From Infirmifilum sp. (lineage in GTDB: Archaea > Thermoproteota > Thermoprotei > Thermofilales > Thermofilaceae), in contig JBEULP010000117.1 in assembly GCA_041287245.1 (NCBI GenBank), forward strand, positions 289,867 to 353,866: DNA of 64,000 nt, given 5' to 3'. Both the position numbers and the translations under genes were made by a program. This document shows, one piece after another, positions 48,391-58,067 of the stretch; position 1 is the first letter of the stretch; each line of letters opens with the position of its first letter. The notes under the pieces were generated by a model. The model ran no database searches, was not told the origin of the DNA, and worked only from the letters and a program-made list of their open reading frames with translations.

Positions 48391-49111
48391 TATCATAAGG
48401 CTGGAAGACGTCTGGAAGATTTACGACGGTTCGACAGGACAAGTGGTCGCGGTTAAAGGAGTCACATTAAGCGTAAAGGAGGGCGAGTTCTTCGCCCTTA
48501 TAGGTCCCAGCGGCAGCGGCAAGACAACGATGCTCCACCTAATGGGAGGTCTAGACAGGCCCACCAAGGGGAGGATTATAGTCGCGGGGCGGGAGATCTC
48601 CAGCCTTAGAAACGACGAGGAGCTAAGCAGGTATAGAAATGAAACAGTAGGCTTTGTATTCCAGCTATTCTACCTTGTTCCCAGGCTCCGCGTTATCGAG
48701 AACGTTGAGCTGCCCCTCATAAAGAAAGGCATCCCGAAAGATGAGAGACGGGCAATGGCGCTCGAGGCTTTAAGGCTCGTCGGGATGGATTCCGCTGCAA
48801 ACAAGTTCCCAAACCAGTTGAGCGGTGGTGAGCAGCAGCGTGTAGCCATAGCGCGAGCAATAGTCGCTAGACCAAGGATACTCCTAGCCGACGAGCCCAC
48901 GGGCAACCTTGACACAGCAAACTCACAGGTCGTTATGGACCTCTTCAAGAAGCTCAACAGGGAACACGGGATTACCATTGTAATGGTTACCCACAACCTA
49001 GAACTCGTATGGTACTGCAACAGGGTTGCCAGGATGCAGGGCGGCTCGCTAGTGGACATATACACGCCTGAACGCTACGACCAGCTCCTATCGACCTTTA
49101 TAAAGAAGTAG
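48383..49111 (+). CDS. ABC ATP-binding protein (LolD-type)
   Basis: [32 protein letters not shown]. Confidence 0.93.
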   Translation: MSDIIRLEDVWKIYDGSTGQVVAVKGVTLSVKEGEFFALIGPSGSGKTTMLHLMGGLDRPTKGRIIVAGREISSLRNDEELSRYRNETVGFVFQLFYLVPRLRVIENVELPLIKKGIPKDERRAMALEALRLVGMDSAANKFPNQLSGGEQQRVAIARAIVARPRILLADEPTGNLDTANSQVVMDLFKKLNREHGITIVMVTHNLELVWYCNRVARMQGGSLVDIYTPERYDQLLSTFIKK

Positions 49112-49444
49112 CTACGCGAAGTATTTTTCAAGACCCTTTCTCTCCCCTCCGGTCAAATCGGCAATAATCTGATCTACAAGGTCATCCCACGTCAAGCTTC
49201 CCTCTAACGCCCACCTGGCAATAAGCCCTGTATGCGTTTTAAGACGGGAGAGGAAGCGGGGCCAGGTATACCCCATCCTTTGAAGAACCGGGGCCCAGTA
49301 CTCCCACAAATACCTTGGAAGTATGCTGCCACTCCAGACAGCCAGGCCTACAGCACCTCTTCCAAGCTCCTTCTCCAGAGCTTTGTAGAGCTCGGAAATC
49401 CTATACTTTATATTCACCGGCTCTGGAGGCTTAGATAAACTCAA
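49112..49444 (-). CDS. Small Trp-rich hypothetical protein with C-terminal PIP-box-like tail
   Basis: About 110 aa; SD GAGGAGG before TTG 49444; ends RKGLEKYFA. Confidence 0.7.
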   Translation of the reverse strand: MSLSKPPEPVNIKYRISELYKALEKELGRGAVGLAVWSGSILPRYLWEYWAPVLQRMGYTWPRFLSRLKTHTGLIARWALEGSLTWDDLVDQIIADLTGGERKGLEKYFA

Positions 49445-49550
49445 ACCTCCTCCTCTCAATAAGGTTAGCTTCAAGCCTCCTAATATTACTAGCTTTTCCA
49501 AAAGACGGTGTTAACGGATACAAGCTAAGGAAGCAGAGAGTGAGGGGGGT

Positions 49551-50765
49551 TTAGAGGCCCAGCTCCCTTGCTATCTCGTCTGCAACACCCCCGCCGCCGA
49601 ACCTCGCCCACACGGCGCACGTCCCCTCTAGCGACACCATGCAAGGGCCGTATGGCTTCTGGGGGGTACATCTCTTGAGAAACATTGGGCAGTCGGTAGG
49701 CTTAGCCTTGCCGAGAGTTACCTCTGCGCACCTACAACCCGGGGGAGTATCCTTTCTCCAGTCTTCAGGATGGATTTCCCTGATGCCGAACTGTTTAAAC
49801 GCGTCGATCTCGGAGAAAGAGTCGCGGAGCCTGAGGCCGCTCAGCGGGAAGAATCCTATCCCCCTCCACGCATCGTCCACGGTTTCAAAAGCCTTAGCAA
49901 TCATCGACTGCGCCTTAAGGTCCCCGCTCCACGTGACAGCCCTGGTATACTCTATTCTCACTCTAGCCTCCCGGGCTAACAGTTGTCTAAGAATCTCGCC
50001 AATCGAGGCGAGAACGTCTATGGGCTCAAAGCCCGAAACGACCACGGGTACGGAGTAGTTTTCAGCCACGGGCTCCCACGCCTTTGCACCGGTGATAGTT
50101 GATACATGTCCAGGCGCTATAATGCCCAACACTGGTGGCTCAGGTGGCTTCTCGCGGAGGATATCCATAGCGTAGAACATTGCCGGGGGCGTTAGCTTCA
50201 CCAGGCTCATAATCTTTAAGTTCTTAGGAACATAACCGCTCAGCACAGCCTGGGCGTAGCCGGGGGCGACGGTCTCAAAACCTATTCCGAGGAAGACGGA
50301 GTCGCGGCCATGCTCCCGCGCATCCCGTATAGCGTCCAGAATATTCAGAACCATCCTCACGTCTCCTCCGCGGGACCTCGCCTCCTCCAATGAGGACACG
50401 CCGTGCACAGGGTTTAGCGTTGGCAGCTTAAAGGTATCACCGTAGGTGTAAACCCTAATACCATCTAGGGACAGCTTTATAGCATCCTCTATATACTTGG
50501 AGGGCGTAACGCATACGGGACAGCCCGGCCCAGCCACGAGCTCAAGGCCCTCGGGCATCAGGCTTCGAAGCCCGAAGTGTACTATCGTCCACTCGTGAGT
50601 CCCGCAGAAATTCATTATCTTTATTTTTTCTAAGCCGAGCACATCTCTTAAACGGCTAAAACGGGAATGTATGACATCGACAAGCCTCCTAGCAAGCTCC
50701 CTATTCTTCCTGAAAGCATCCTCTATGTCCTTGATCCTCTCCACTGGGCTGACAACCGTTTCCAT
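49551..50765 (-). CDS. hypD: Hydrogenase maturation protein HypD
   Basis: CGTHE, GPGCPVC, GFET, PGHVS, GPCMVSLEGTC; ATG 50765. Confidence 0.96.
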   Translation of the reverse strand: METVVSPVERIKDIEDAFRKNRELARRLVDVIHSRFSRLRDVLGLEKIKIMNFCGTHEWTIVHFGLRSLMPEGLELVAGPGCPVCVTPSKYIEDAIKLSLDGIRVYTYGDTFKLPTLNPVHGVSSLEEARSRGGDVRMVLNILDAIRDAREHGRDSVFLGIGFETVAPGYAQAVLSGYVPKNLKIMSLVKLTPPAMFYAMDILREKPPEPPVLGIIAPGHVSTITGAKAWEPVAENYSVPVVVSGFEPIDVLASIGEILRQLLAREARVRIEYTRAVTWSGDLKAQSMIAKAFETVDDAWRGIGFFPLSGLRLRDSFSEIDAFKQFGIREIHPEDWRKDTPPGCRCAEVTLGKAKPTDCPMFLKRCTPQKPYGPCMVSLEGTCAVWARFGGGGVADEIARELGL

Positions 50766-50853
50766 AGGCGCAAGATAGTCCAAGCAGGTTCCCCGAATTA
50801 AGCTTTCTGCCCAATTAAACGAAAATGTATTGCTCCTCTCGGAGCTTCCAATA

Positions 50854-51744
50854 TTATTCCTCAAACAAATCCTTTGTAAGCAGGTACTCCGTCCTACTCG
50901 CCCTGAAACCCTCGTTGTAGAGCTCCTTCACAACGACCTCCTTGGTGGAGTCCACGGGTACAGTCACAAGCTTTGCCTGCGACTCTAACGCGATGCCCCT
51001 CAGCCCTCCGAGAAGCGCCCTTAGAGCCTCCTTAGAGCCATACGATGACATCGCGATATAGTCTACAAACAGCTCGTCGTCTAAGGAGAACTCCGCCAGC
51101 GCTTTAACACGGGTACCCTTGTAGGCGAGCAGGGCTCTTTCCCCCGTAGAGTACCGCTTGTAAACCATCCGGTCAACAGGCTCTGTTAGAGTGCTCCACC
51201 AGGTTGTCGGCTTAAAGCTTTTAATCCTCCTGATAGAAGACGCCCTCCTAAGCTTCAACGTATATCCCTCGGGTACGCCCTCCGAGAGCCTATGGGGCTC
51301 GCATGATAGGAAGAGTATGACGCCCTTCACTCGATAGTTTCTGAGGAGATAGAAGTCTAAAGCCTTAAGGTTGTTCTCCTTCACACTCAACGCGACTTCC
51401 TCAACTCCCTCCTCTCTTAGAAGCCCCTCTAGAGTCTGGATTAACCTACTTCCGACCCCCAGGTTCCGGTATTCAGGGTCTACAGCGAGGCTATCAATAT
51501 AGGCTTTATCCCTGTACTTATAAGCGATGATAAAACCCACGACCCTACCGTTAAATTCAGCAACCAAGACTTTACGCCGCCTAGACCGAACACTAACCAT
51601 CCCTTTAAACCATTCAAGGTCCTCCTCGTCCAGCCCCTCGAGCGACTTAAGGTGAATAGCAAAGAGAGCCTCGGCATCCCGTGATCCCGCAGGGCGAATA
51701 ACAAGGTCAGCTGAATCAATAGGCTGGGAGAACGAGACATCGAG
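50854..51744 (-). CDS. Tandem GNAT acetyltransferase with anomalous 5' end
   Basis: LAVDPEYRNLGVG, N..ALDFY; frame stays open 48 codons upstream of ATG 51600 and encodes the GNAT first strand/helix (LVIRPA...DAEAL). Confidence 0.8.
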   Translation of the reverse strand, partial: LDVSFSQPIDSADLVIRPAGSRDAEALFAIHLKSLEGLDEEDLEWFKGMVSVRSRRRKVLVAEFNGRVVGFIIAYKYRDKAYIDSLAVDPEYRNLGVGSRLIQTLEGLLREEGVEEVALSVKENNLKALDFYLLRNYRVKGVILFLSCEPHRLSEGVPEGYTLKLRRASSIRRIKSFKPTTWWSTLTEPVDRMVYKRYSTGERALLAYKGTRVKALAEFSLDDELFVDYIAMSSYGSKEALRALLGGLRGIALESQAKLVTVPVDSTKEVVVKELYNEGFRASRTEYLLTKDLFEE

Positions 51745-52115
51745 TCAACTCATGCGGTTAGACCACCCTTCAACGCCTTCAAGAAGCTTCTCTCATATAA
51801 ACCTTTCTATTTCTGGCAAGAAAAAATTCCAGCGTTTTCAGCCCAAGAAAGCCTCATAATCTCCAAAAAAGGTTTAGCTACCCCCTCTTAAAACGTGTAC
51901 TTTCCAACAGGGCATAGGGATAGTTTTTGTTTTTCAATCTAATCATACTCTCCGCGCTTTCACAAACCACACTCCTGGTAGGACAGGTGCAAAAGCACTG
52001 GTGAAAACTAGAGGTGGGAGCCTTTACGCAGCTTCGCTTATTAGCGATGATGCGAACCCTTCATAAAACACGGAAGCTCCTTCCTGGCCACGGGCTTTCA
52101 AGCCGAGAAAAAAGC

Positions 52116-52745
52116 TTAAGGGACGTATACTGCTGTTGCATATCCACTGTTAAGCCATATGTGGTTGCCCTCCGCCCTGTACGGTTCGTAGTTGTAGAAG
52201 TAGGACCAATCCACGTAAACCATGTAGCCTTTCTGCGAAGCTATCGTAGCGAGGTCGCGCTTCGCGTACTCAGAGTAGCCACTCCACGACTCAAACGGGA
52301 ACTCGTCATAGTGCGCCGTGGCTATGACGTACCTCCCCCAGTATGTATTGTACATGTAGTCAGGCGGGTTCGGGGCGTAAATGCGCATATGGAGGTAGAC
52401 ATAGGAGTTAAGGTAGGATGAGTAATAAATGCCTTTAGTTCCCCTGTCAGTATCCCAGACCCAGCCGCTGCCATCGTCCAAATATGCATACATGGGATTC
52501 GCCAGGATTGTTACACCCCAGTATATGTTCTTCACCTTGTTAACGTTGGCATTTCCGTAGAAGACCAGTACTACAGGCCAGTCCACATTCTTGTTACTGG
52601 CGTTTTGTGACACGAAGTCATAGTTGTAGAATCTATCCTCTGCGATCGCGAGAACCGTTAGGTTGCTGGTTGTGGCCGCGCGTGAAGCTCCGTCAAGGAG
52701 GGCTACCAGGAGAAGCAGCGTAGCCAGCGCCAGAATTCTCCTCAT
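52116..52745 (-). CDS. Secreted Tyr/Asn/Trp-rich protein
   Basis: Signal peptide; DWPVVLVF, HMRIY, ATAHYD motifs, weakly LssY_C-like. Confidence 0.78.
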   Translation of the reverse strand: MRRILALATLLLLVALLDGASRAATTSNLTVLAIAEDRFYNYDFVSQNASNKNVDWPVVLVFYGNANVNKVKNIYWGVTILANPMYAYLDDGSGWVWDTDRGTKGIYYSSYLNSYVYLHMRIYAPNPPDYMYNTYWGRYVIATAHYDEFPFESWSGYSEYAKRDLATIASQKGYMVYVDWSYFYNYEPYRAEGNHIWLNSGYATAVYVP

Positions 52746-53401
52746 CCTCTTATCACCGGTCCAGAGTAATTCTCCACCACGCTCATTCTAGCCAGGTCCA
52801 CCGCAACCAGGCTCTCTCCTTTACCGTCCACCGTGACAAACAAGGCAAGGCCCCTTGGGAACCTCTCCGTGTAGAATATAGCGTTGAGGATTGCAGCGGA
52901 GGCGCCGGGCACTCGAGACAAGGCCACTCCTCTGGCAGTCTCTACCGTCTTGTCCCTGAGAGGCGGGTCGTGGGGTGCCCTGGCGACGCCCGGAGATAGG
53001 GCGACAACCCTCCCCTCTTTAAAGTTGACGAATACATGTAGGCTGCCCAGCCAAAGGTCAGCACGGTAGGGGTTTCCGCCGAGCTCGGCGAATGAGCCGG
53101 AGACCCAGCGGGGGCTGCTCAGGCGTATGAGCAACACAGCTCCTATCAACTCGCCGTTGCTAGTCCATGGGCCAGACTCAACGAGCGTCCAGTTGGCTCC
53201 GCGGAGTAGGCCCTGGATCCTCTCGTCCCTCAGTGCTATCTGCAGGGCGACCTCTTTCTCGTTCTCCCCCAGAGTCAAAACCGGGGGCTGGGAAGCGGGT
53301 CCACCTTGAGGCGTAGGCCGTGGCGGCGGGGACAACGCGATAAGGAGGAACAGCGCGGAGACTAGGACGAGGCCTCCGATTGCGAGGAGCAACCGCTTCA
53401 T
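52742..53401 (-). CDS. Membrane-anchored protein with two PepSY-like repeats
   Basis: N-terminal TM, Pro-rich linker, A..IA...V.V[ND]...G.V pattern twice; ATGA overlap. Confidence 0.72.
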   Translation of the reverse strand: MKRLLLAIGGLVLVSALFLLIALSPPPRPTPQGGPASQPPVLTLGENEKEVALQIALRDERIQGLLRGANWTLVESGPWTSNGELIGAVLLIRLSSPRWVSGSFAELGGNPYRADLWLGSLHVFVNFKEGRVVALSPGVARAPHDPPLRDKTVETARGVALSRVPGASAAILNAIFYTERFPRGLALFVTVDGKGESLVAVDLARMSVVENYSGPVIRG

Positions 53402-54024
53402 GCCTTTATCGACAAAATAAAGAAAGTCATTCTCATATAAATTTTTTGGACTCGTTAACCTACACAGTATATAGCCGTTAGGAACAGGTTATGTCTGGGG
53501 TTCCAAGAGCTCTGGCTCCTCAGCCCGCCTACGCATCTAGCTTAGATAAGAGGAGCAGGTTGAGCGTGCCACCACCTGGACACATGTTCTAACCCCGTCT
53601 AGGGGTTCCTGTAGAACTTTGCCGCTCCAACCAATTGTGCGGCCTCTCCTCTAATGTGAAGACCCTGGGGAACGTCAAGTGCTGTCGTAACAAGCCTGCA
53701 GTATCCTTGCCGATTAAGTCTTCTGGAATTTTTCAACCCTGCCAGGCTCGCCTACGAACTCCGTATACGGTAAAAGGCCCCAGCTACCTCAGGCTTCGGA
53801 TTTCCTTCGAGTGGTATTGAAGGGGGCTCCGAAGATACGATCCGTCGATTCGCCAAAGCCCTCCCTGGAAATGCTTTGTTCCGCTACGTGGAAACGAGCC
53901 TTCCAGAGATCATCGACACACCTATCCTATGCTTCTCTAACAGGGAACTCCACTACACATAAGGTCTAGCCTACAAGCACCCAGGAAGACGGAGCCAGCC
54001 CACCGCAACCTTACATAAAAATGA

Positions 54025-54053
54025 AAGCCTCGCCCCTCAGAGCAGGGTGGTCA
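54025..54053 (+). mobile_element. Degenerate IS200/IS605-like right-end remnant
   Basis: AAGCCTCGCCCCTCAGAGCAGGGTGGTCA resembles the AAGCCCCGCCC-loop-GGGCGGGG..GTCA end hairpin. Confidence 0.4.
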
Positions 54054-54307
54054 GAGCGTAAACGGTGGAATAAATCAAATTAGAGCTGACCCCCTTTTCG
54101 GCTTCCCCTGCGAAACGGGCAATAATAGCTATTAAACTACTCGTGCGCTAGAAGGCGGAGAGTAGCCCGCTTATAAGGTTTATTCACGGCCCACTCCTTT
54201 TATCCGCAACACTCTACAACTATCTGAACAGCTGTGTCTCTGAAAACCCTCAAGTGGCCTATCCTTTTATAAGACTGGTTAATACAGGTAGCAGAGGTTG
54301 GCTAAAG

Positions 54308-55219
54308 ATGTATAGGGGCGGGTTGAGGAATGTCCTGGCATTCTTTGCCGTAGCTTTTACCTTGGCGATCACCATAGACCTAGCCGCGCTGTACTTCAAC
54401 ATATTCTCAGTACCGCTCGGCGTAATAGAATGGGGGATCCTGAGAATGTGGAGCGTCAGCCTGGCAGTAGTAATCTCCATTGCGCTTAGCCGGGAAAGCG
54501 TATCCTCAAGCTTGAAGAGCCTCCTCCACTTTTCACGTAAAACGATCATCTATTACGTGCTATCACCCCTCCTAGTCTACCTAGCCCTAGGATTGTACGT
54601 CGCCTTCTCAACCCCCCTAGGCTTCTTCCGCGTCGACGCGTACATCAACACGATCTCTGCCGTGTTAAAGCAAAGGCTACCCGCAGCTTCACCTGACCAA
54701 CTCTACGAGTTGGCCCGAGCAGCAGCATTCGTAGAGATCACACTGGGGGCCTACCTGGCAGCGTTAACGGTAAACGCCCTCCTTGCCCTGGGAGAAGAGC
54801 TCGGCTGGCGAGGCTACCTGTACAAGCTCTTAGGGGCGACGCCCAACCTGGAGAATACGCTTGCAATAGGCGGCGTTTGGGGTCTCTGGCACGCCCCTGC
54901 TATAGTACTACTCGGCTACAACTATCCCGTGAATAGAAGCTTCGGAGTCGTTCTCTTCACTCTCCTCTGCATAGCCCTTACATACCCACTGTTACTCGTT
55001 ACGGATAGGGCGGGAAGCGTGCTACCGGCGGCGTCTCTCCACGGTGGGGTAAATGCGCTCTGGAGCCTTACAATCATCGCGTCAACACTACCCCCGGGTG
55101 AAAGGGAACTCTACCTGGGCATGGGTGTCCTTGGAATACTCTCATGGACAACACTCAGCCTCACCCTCTATATAACGGGTAGGATCGCCAGACGACCGTC
55201 TGGAGAAACCCTAACCTAG
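54308..55219 (+). CDS. CPBP (Abi/CAAX) intramembrane metalloprotease
   Basis: EELGWRG, WGLWH, LHGGVN. Confidence 0.92.
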   Translation: MYRGGLRNVLAFFAVAFTLAITIDLAALYFNIFSVPLGVIEWGILRMWSVSLAVVISIALSRESVSSSLKSLLHFSRKTIIYYVLSPLLVYLALGLYVAFSTPLGFFRVDAYINTISAVLKQRLPAASPDQLYELARAAAFVEITLGAYLAALTVNALLALGEELGWRGYLYKLLGATPNLENTLAIGGVWGLWHAPAIVLLGYNYPVNRSFGVVLFTLLCIALTYPLLLVTDRAGSVLPAASLHGGVNALWSLTIIASTLPPGERELYLGMGVLGILSWTTLSLTLYITGRIARRPSGETLT

Positions 55220-55224
55220 TGTTT

Positions 55225-55395
55225 CTAAGAGCCGCAGGCGCAGCCAGACTCCCCAGAGCCTGGGACCAGCAGGTTTTTCTCGAACAGGTATTCCCAGCAC
55301 TTCCTGCAGACCCACATGCCTCCCAGCTCTTTATGTGTAGCCCAGACCAGGCTGTCCGACTCCTGGCCACAGAGAGCGCACTTCAAGCTTATCAC
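55225..55395 (-). CDS. Small zinc-finger protein
   Basis: CALC...CRKC plus C-terminal CACGS; GTG 55395. Confidence 0.7.
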   Translation of the reverse strand: MISLKCALCGQESDSLVWATHKELGGMWVCRKCWEYLFEKNLLVPGSGESGCACGS

Positions 55396-55508
55396 CCGTC
55401 TATTATTCTTCAAGTAAGGTTTTAGGCTTTTCGCCCCCTGAAAGGCTTCACGGCTAAGCTGGGGCGATGTGGGAGGAATATGCTGAGACCACCTACCCTT
55501 TAGCCTCC

Positions 55509-56384
55509 TCACCCCTGCTGGGCGCTATCAGGGCTTATAATCTGGGAGATTTCACTCAAAGGTAGGTTTCCTCTAGACGCGAAGAGCTCGAGCCTCGGAG
55601 CCACTCCACGGAGCCTCTCGGAGTCTACCGTTACGCCCAGCTCCTCGCGCAGGAAACTCGGAAGCCAGACCTCTAGCGGGGTCTCCGAGGGATAGTAGCA
55701 CGTACGTTTCCCTATCTTCACACGCTTAACCAGGCCAAGCCTCTCAAGGATGCTGAGATGCCATTGGACCTCGCCAAAACTTATGTCTGTTTCACGCGAG
55801 ATGCGCCTCATCGATACGCCCGGGTTCGCCCTAATATATTCTAATATCCTGACGCGTTTCTCGCTCCTAGCGACGTCCTCCCGCCTGGTCACGTAGTAGG
55901 AGACAGGAATAGAGATGACTGTGAAAACCTTCTCCCTACCGCTCTCCGTCATAGAGAGGTAAGCTACCGCCGAGACTGCAGCAACAGCAGCCACGTATAC
56001 TCCCAGGTCCTGTCTCTCCTCGACAGTCTGAAAAGCCCTTATCTCAACATTCACAATGATAGGCTGTGATCCGGTGTTTTCAACGCTTAGATAGACACAG
56101 TTTTTCCGAATTTCAACCGAGCCGAGGCTCGTATAAGCCTGAATGGACGTGCTATTATAGGCACACGCTACTTTCTCACCGGCAAGTTTTGTTAAAGGTG
56201 GAAGAAAGACTTGAAGTGAAAAGACCCGAAAGGTTTCATTGCCCGACTCTGCCAAGCCGCTGACTGTGCCACTTGTTACGAGAAGATAGGGTTTGCCGAG
56301 AGCGGGATACAAATATACTGAAGCAAAAAGAACGAGGAAGAGGGCAAGGGGGTAGAACCAACGCACCGCGGATAATATAGACAT
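55509..56384 (-). CDS. Membrane-anchored winged-helix regulator (COG3398-like)
   Basis: Two TM segments flanking an extracellular domain; RILEYIRANPG...VQWHLSILER. Confidence 0.82.
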   Translation of the reverse strand: MSILSAVRWFYPLALFLVLFASVYLYPALGKPYLLVTSGTVSGLAESGNETFRVFSLQVFLPPLTKLAGEKVACAYNSTSIQAYTSLGSVEIRKNCVYLSVENTGSQPIIVNVEIRAFQTVEERQDLGVYVAAVAAVSAVAYLSMTESGREKVFTVISIPVSYYVTRREDVARSEKRVRILEYIRANPGVSMRRISRETDISFGEVQWHLSILERLGLVKRVKIGKRTCYYPSETPLEVWLPSFLREELGVTVDSERLRGVAPRLELFASRGNLPLSEISQIISPDSAQQG

Positions 56385-56466
56385 AGCCTTATTACCTTAT
56401 CAAAATATAAAAATTTTTAGACAGGAGAGGACGAAAAATAACGGTCAATAATTTCATAAGAAGAAC

Positions 56467-56916
56467 CTAGACATATGCGCAGTGTATCTTCACGGTGGAG
56501 GGGTCTACTATCTCATACCTTCGAATCGCAAGTTTTCCACCCTTCATGTTTTCACAAGCTTTGGTCAGTACCGCGGATAGCGGGCACAGGACAGGCTCAA
56601 AACCATCTTTTGCAGCGGTCTCAAGGAAACCACTAATGGTTAGCCCCTCGAGAACCAGCGTAACCCCACCCTCTTCTTCCACAACTCTCACGTCGGAGGC
56701 AAGCTTGAAGTGTTCGACGAAGAGCCTCTTAATATCGTCGAAAGTGGGCTCACTGGGGATAAGGCCCCGAGCGACAAGATGGTTCCATATGCTATCAGCC
56801 ACGCTCCTAGCTAAGGCCATTGCGCTTTTGCCTAGAACCTTATAAGCTGCTTTGTTAACAGCATACAAATAGCCCTCTATGAAGAGAGGCGTTGGACCTT
56901 GTACAGCCTGTCTCAT
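56467..56916 (-). CDS. Hypothetical protein, V4R-like ligand-binding fold
   Basis: 149 aa, CPL motif, own TATA. Confidence 0.65.
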   Translation of the reverse strand: MRQAVQGPTPLFIEGYLYAVNKAAYKVLGKSAMALARSVADSIWNHLVARGLIPSEPTFDDIKRLFVEHFKLASDVRVVEEEGGVTLVLEGLTISGFLETAAKDGFEPVLCPLSAVLTKACENMKGGKLAIRRYEIVDPSTVKIHCAYV

Positions 56917-57357
56917 ATGAACGACCGTTTCTCCTGACGAGGATCAATTTATAAAGTTTTTAGTTCAAAAACAGGCGAGAAACCCACGTGCTCACAGGTA
57001 AGAATATTTATAAAAGCTTGAAGGTTTAACCTCAACTCTGGCTTTTCAGCGGGGAGAATCGCCGCACCAATTAGATACTGATGGGAGGCTGTAAGCTCTA
57101 AGCGGTGGGAGCAGACCTTGTAGGAAAGCTAAACACGCGCTAAAAGCTGTACGCGGCGAGAAGCTTTCCTCGAGGCTCGGCGCGCGGGTAGGCTTTTCTT
57201 TCTCAAAAAGAACTACTAGGGTATTTTTGCAGAACCGCACCTTTCCCCGGTGAAGGAGGTTGATATTCCCTTTACTACTAACCCGCGCGAGGGGATCCCT
57301 CGAGAACGTTTTCTCTAAAAGGTTGAAGCAGGCAAGAACTCAGAAATGTTTATTAAG

Positions 57358-57385
57358 TTATTACAAAATAATAATATCGTAACAA
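57358..57385. promoter_or_regulatory. Candidate NikR-type operator TTATTAC-N14-GTAACAA
   Basis: Imperfect long-spaced inverted repeat between TATA and SD of fmdE. Confidence 0.45.
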
Positions 57386-57395
57386 AGGTGAGTGA

Positions 57396-58067
57396 ATGGT
57401 TAGTGAGGAGCTACTGAAGAAGGCTGAGGATTTTCACGGCCACATTTGTCCATACCTGGTCTTGGGCTTGAGGGCCTCTGAGATAGCTATGCAGAGGCTT
57501 GGATTGGGGAAAGCCCACGTGTCGGAGTCCATCGGAGAAGATATCCTCGCGATCGTGGAAGCAAACAACTGCTTCGCGGACGGCGTGCAGATCGCAACCG
57601 GCTGCACCTTTGGGAACAACAGCCTTATCTACCTGGATATCGGGAAGGCAGCGGTTACTCTAGTGAGGAGGGGGGTATGGAAGGGAGTGAGGGTTTACGT
57701 GGATTACGAGAAGATCTCGAAGCTTTACTTCAAGGGAGAAGTGGACGAGCTGTGGCGCAAGGTTGTAGTTAGGAGGGAGGGGACTGAAGACGACGTTCGA
57801 AGGCTTGACAAGCTGTTCAGGGATATAGGACTAAGCCTGGCTAACGCCCCGGAGGATCTTTTCAAGGTCGAAGAAGTCACCGTGAGCGAGATAGAGCCAG
57901 CCCCAATTTTCGAGACGGTTCGCTGCGAGGTCTGCGGCGAGACCATGCCTGCGTCGAGAGCCGTGGAGGTTGATGGAAAGAAGCTCTGCCTCTCATGCGC
58001 CGGTAAGGCGAACGCTGTAATAGGAAGGGGGATTGTTCTCAACTTTCCAGTTCCCATCCACAGGTGA
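57396..58067 (+). CDS. fmdE: FmdE-family protein with C-terminal C4 zinc finger
   Basis: FHGHICP, CFADGVQ..GCTFGN, CEVC...CLSC. Confidence 0.9.
   Translation: MVSEELLKKAEDFHGHICPYLVLGLRASEIAMQRLGLGKAHVSESIGEDILAIVEANNCFADGVQIATGCTFGNNSLIYLDIGKAAVTLVRRGVWKGVRVYVDYEKISKLYFKGEVDELWRKVVVRREGTEDDVRRLDKLFRDIGLSLANAPEDLFKVEEVTVSEIEPAPIFETVRCEVCGETMPASRAVEVDGKKLCLSCAGKANAVIGRGIVLNFPVPIHR

Noticed and set aside
51745..51747. Selenocysteine at the GNAT TGA
   Set aside because: Codon 3 is not a catalytic position; no SECIS or sel genes seen
52014..52421. Plus-strand 135-aa ORF; also 62221-62619 and 63503-63961
   Set aside because: Overlap better-supported genes; no recognisable features
51791..53441. 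Shared 11-mer TCTCATATAAA at two promoters
   Set aside because: Mostly the TATA box itself
56960..57395. Cobalamin/Moco riboswitch upstream of fmdE-ABC
   Set aside because: No consensus recognised; a proximal TATA implies a short leader
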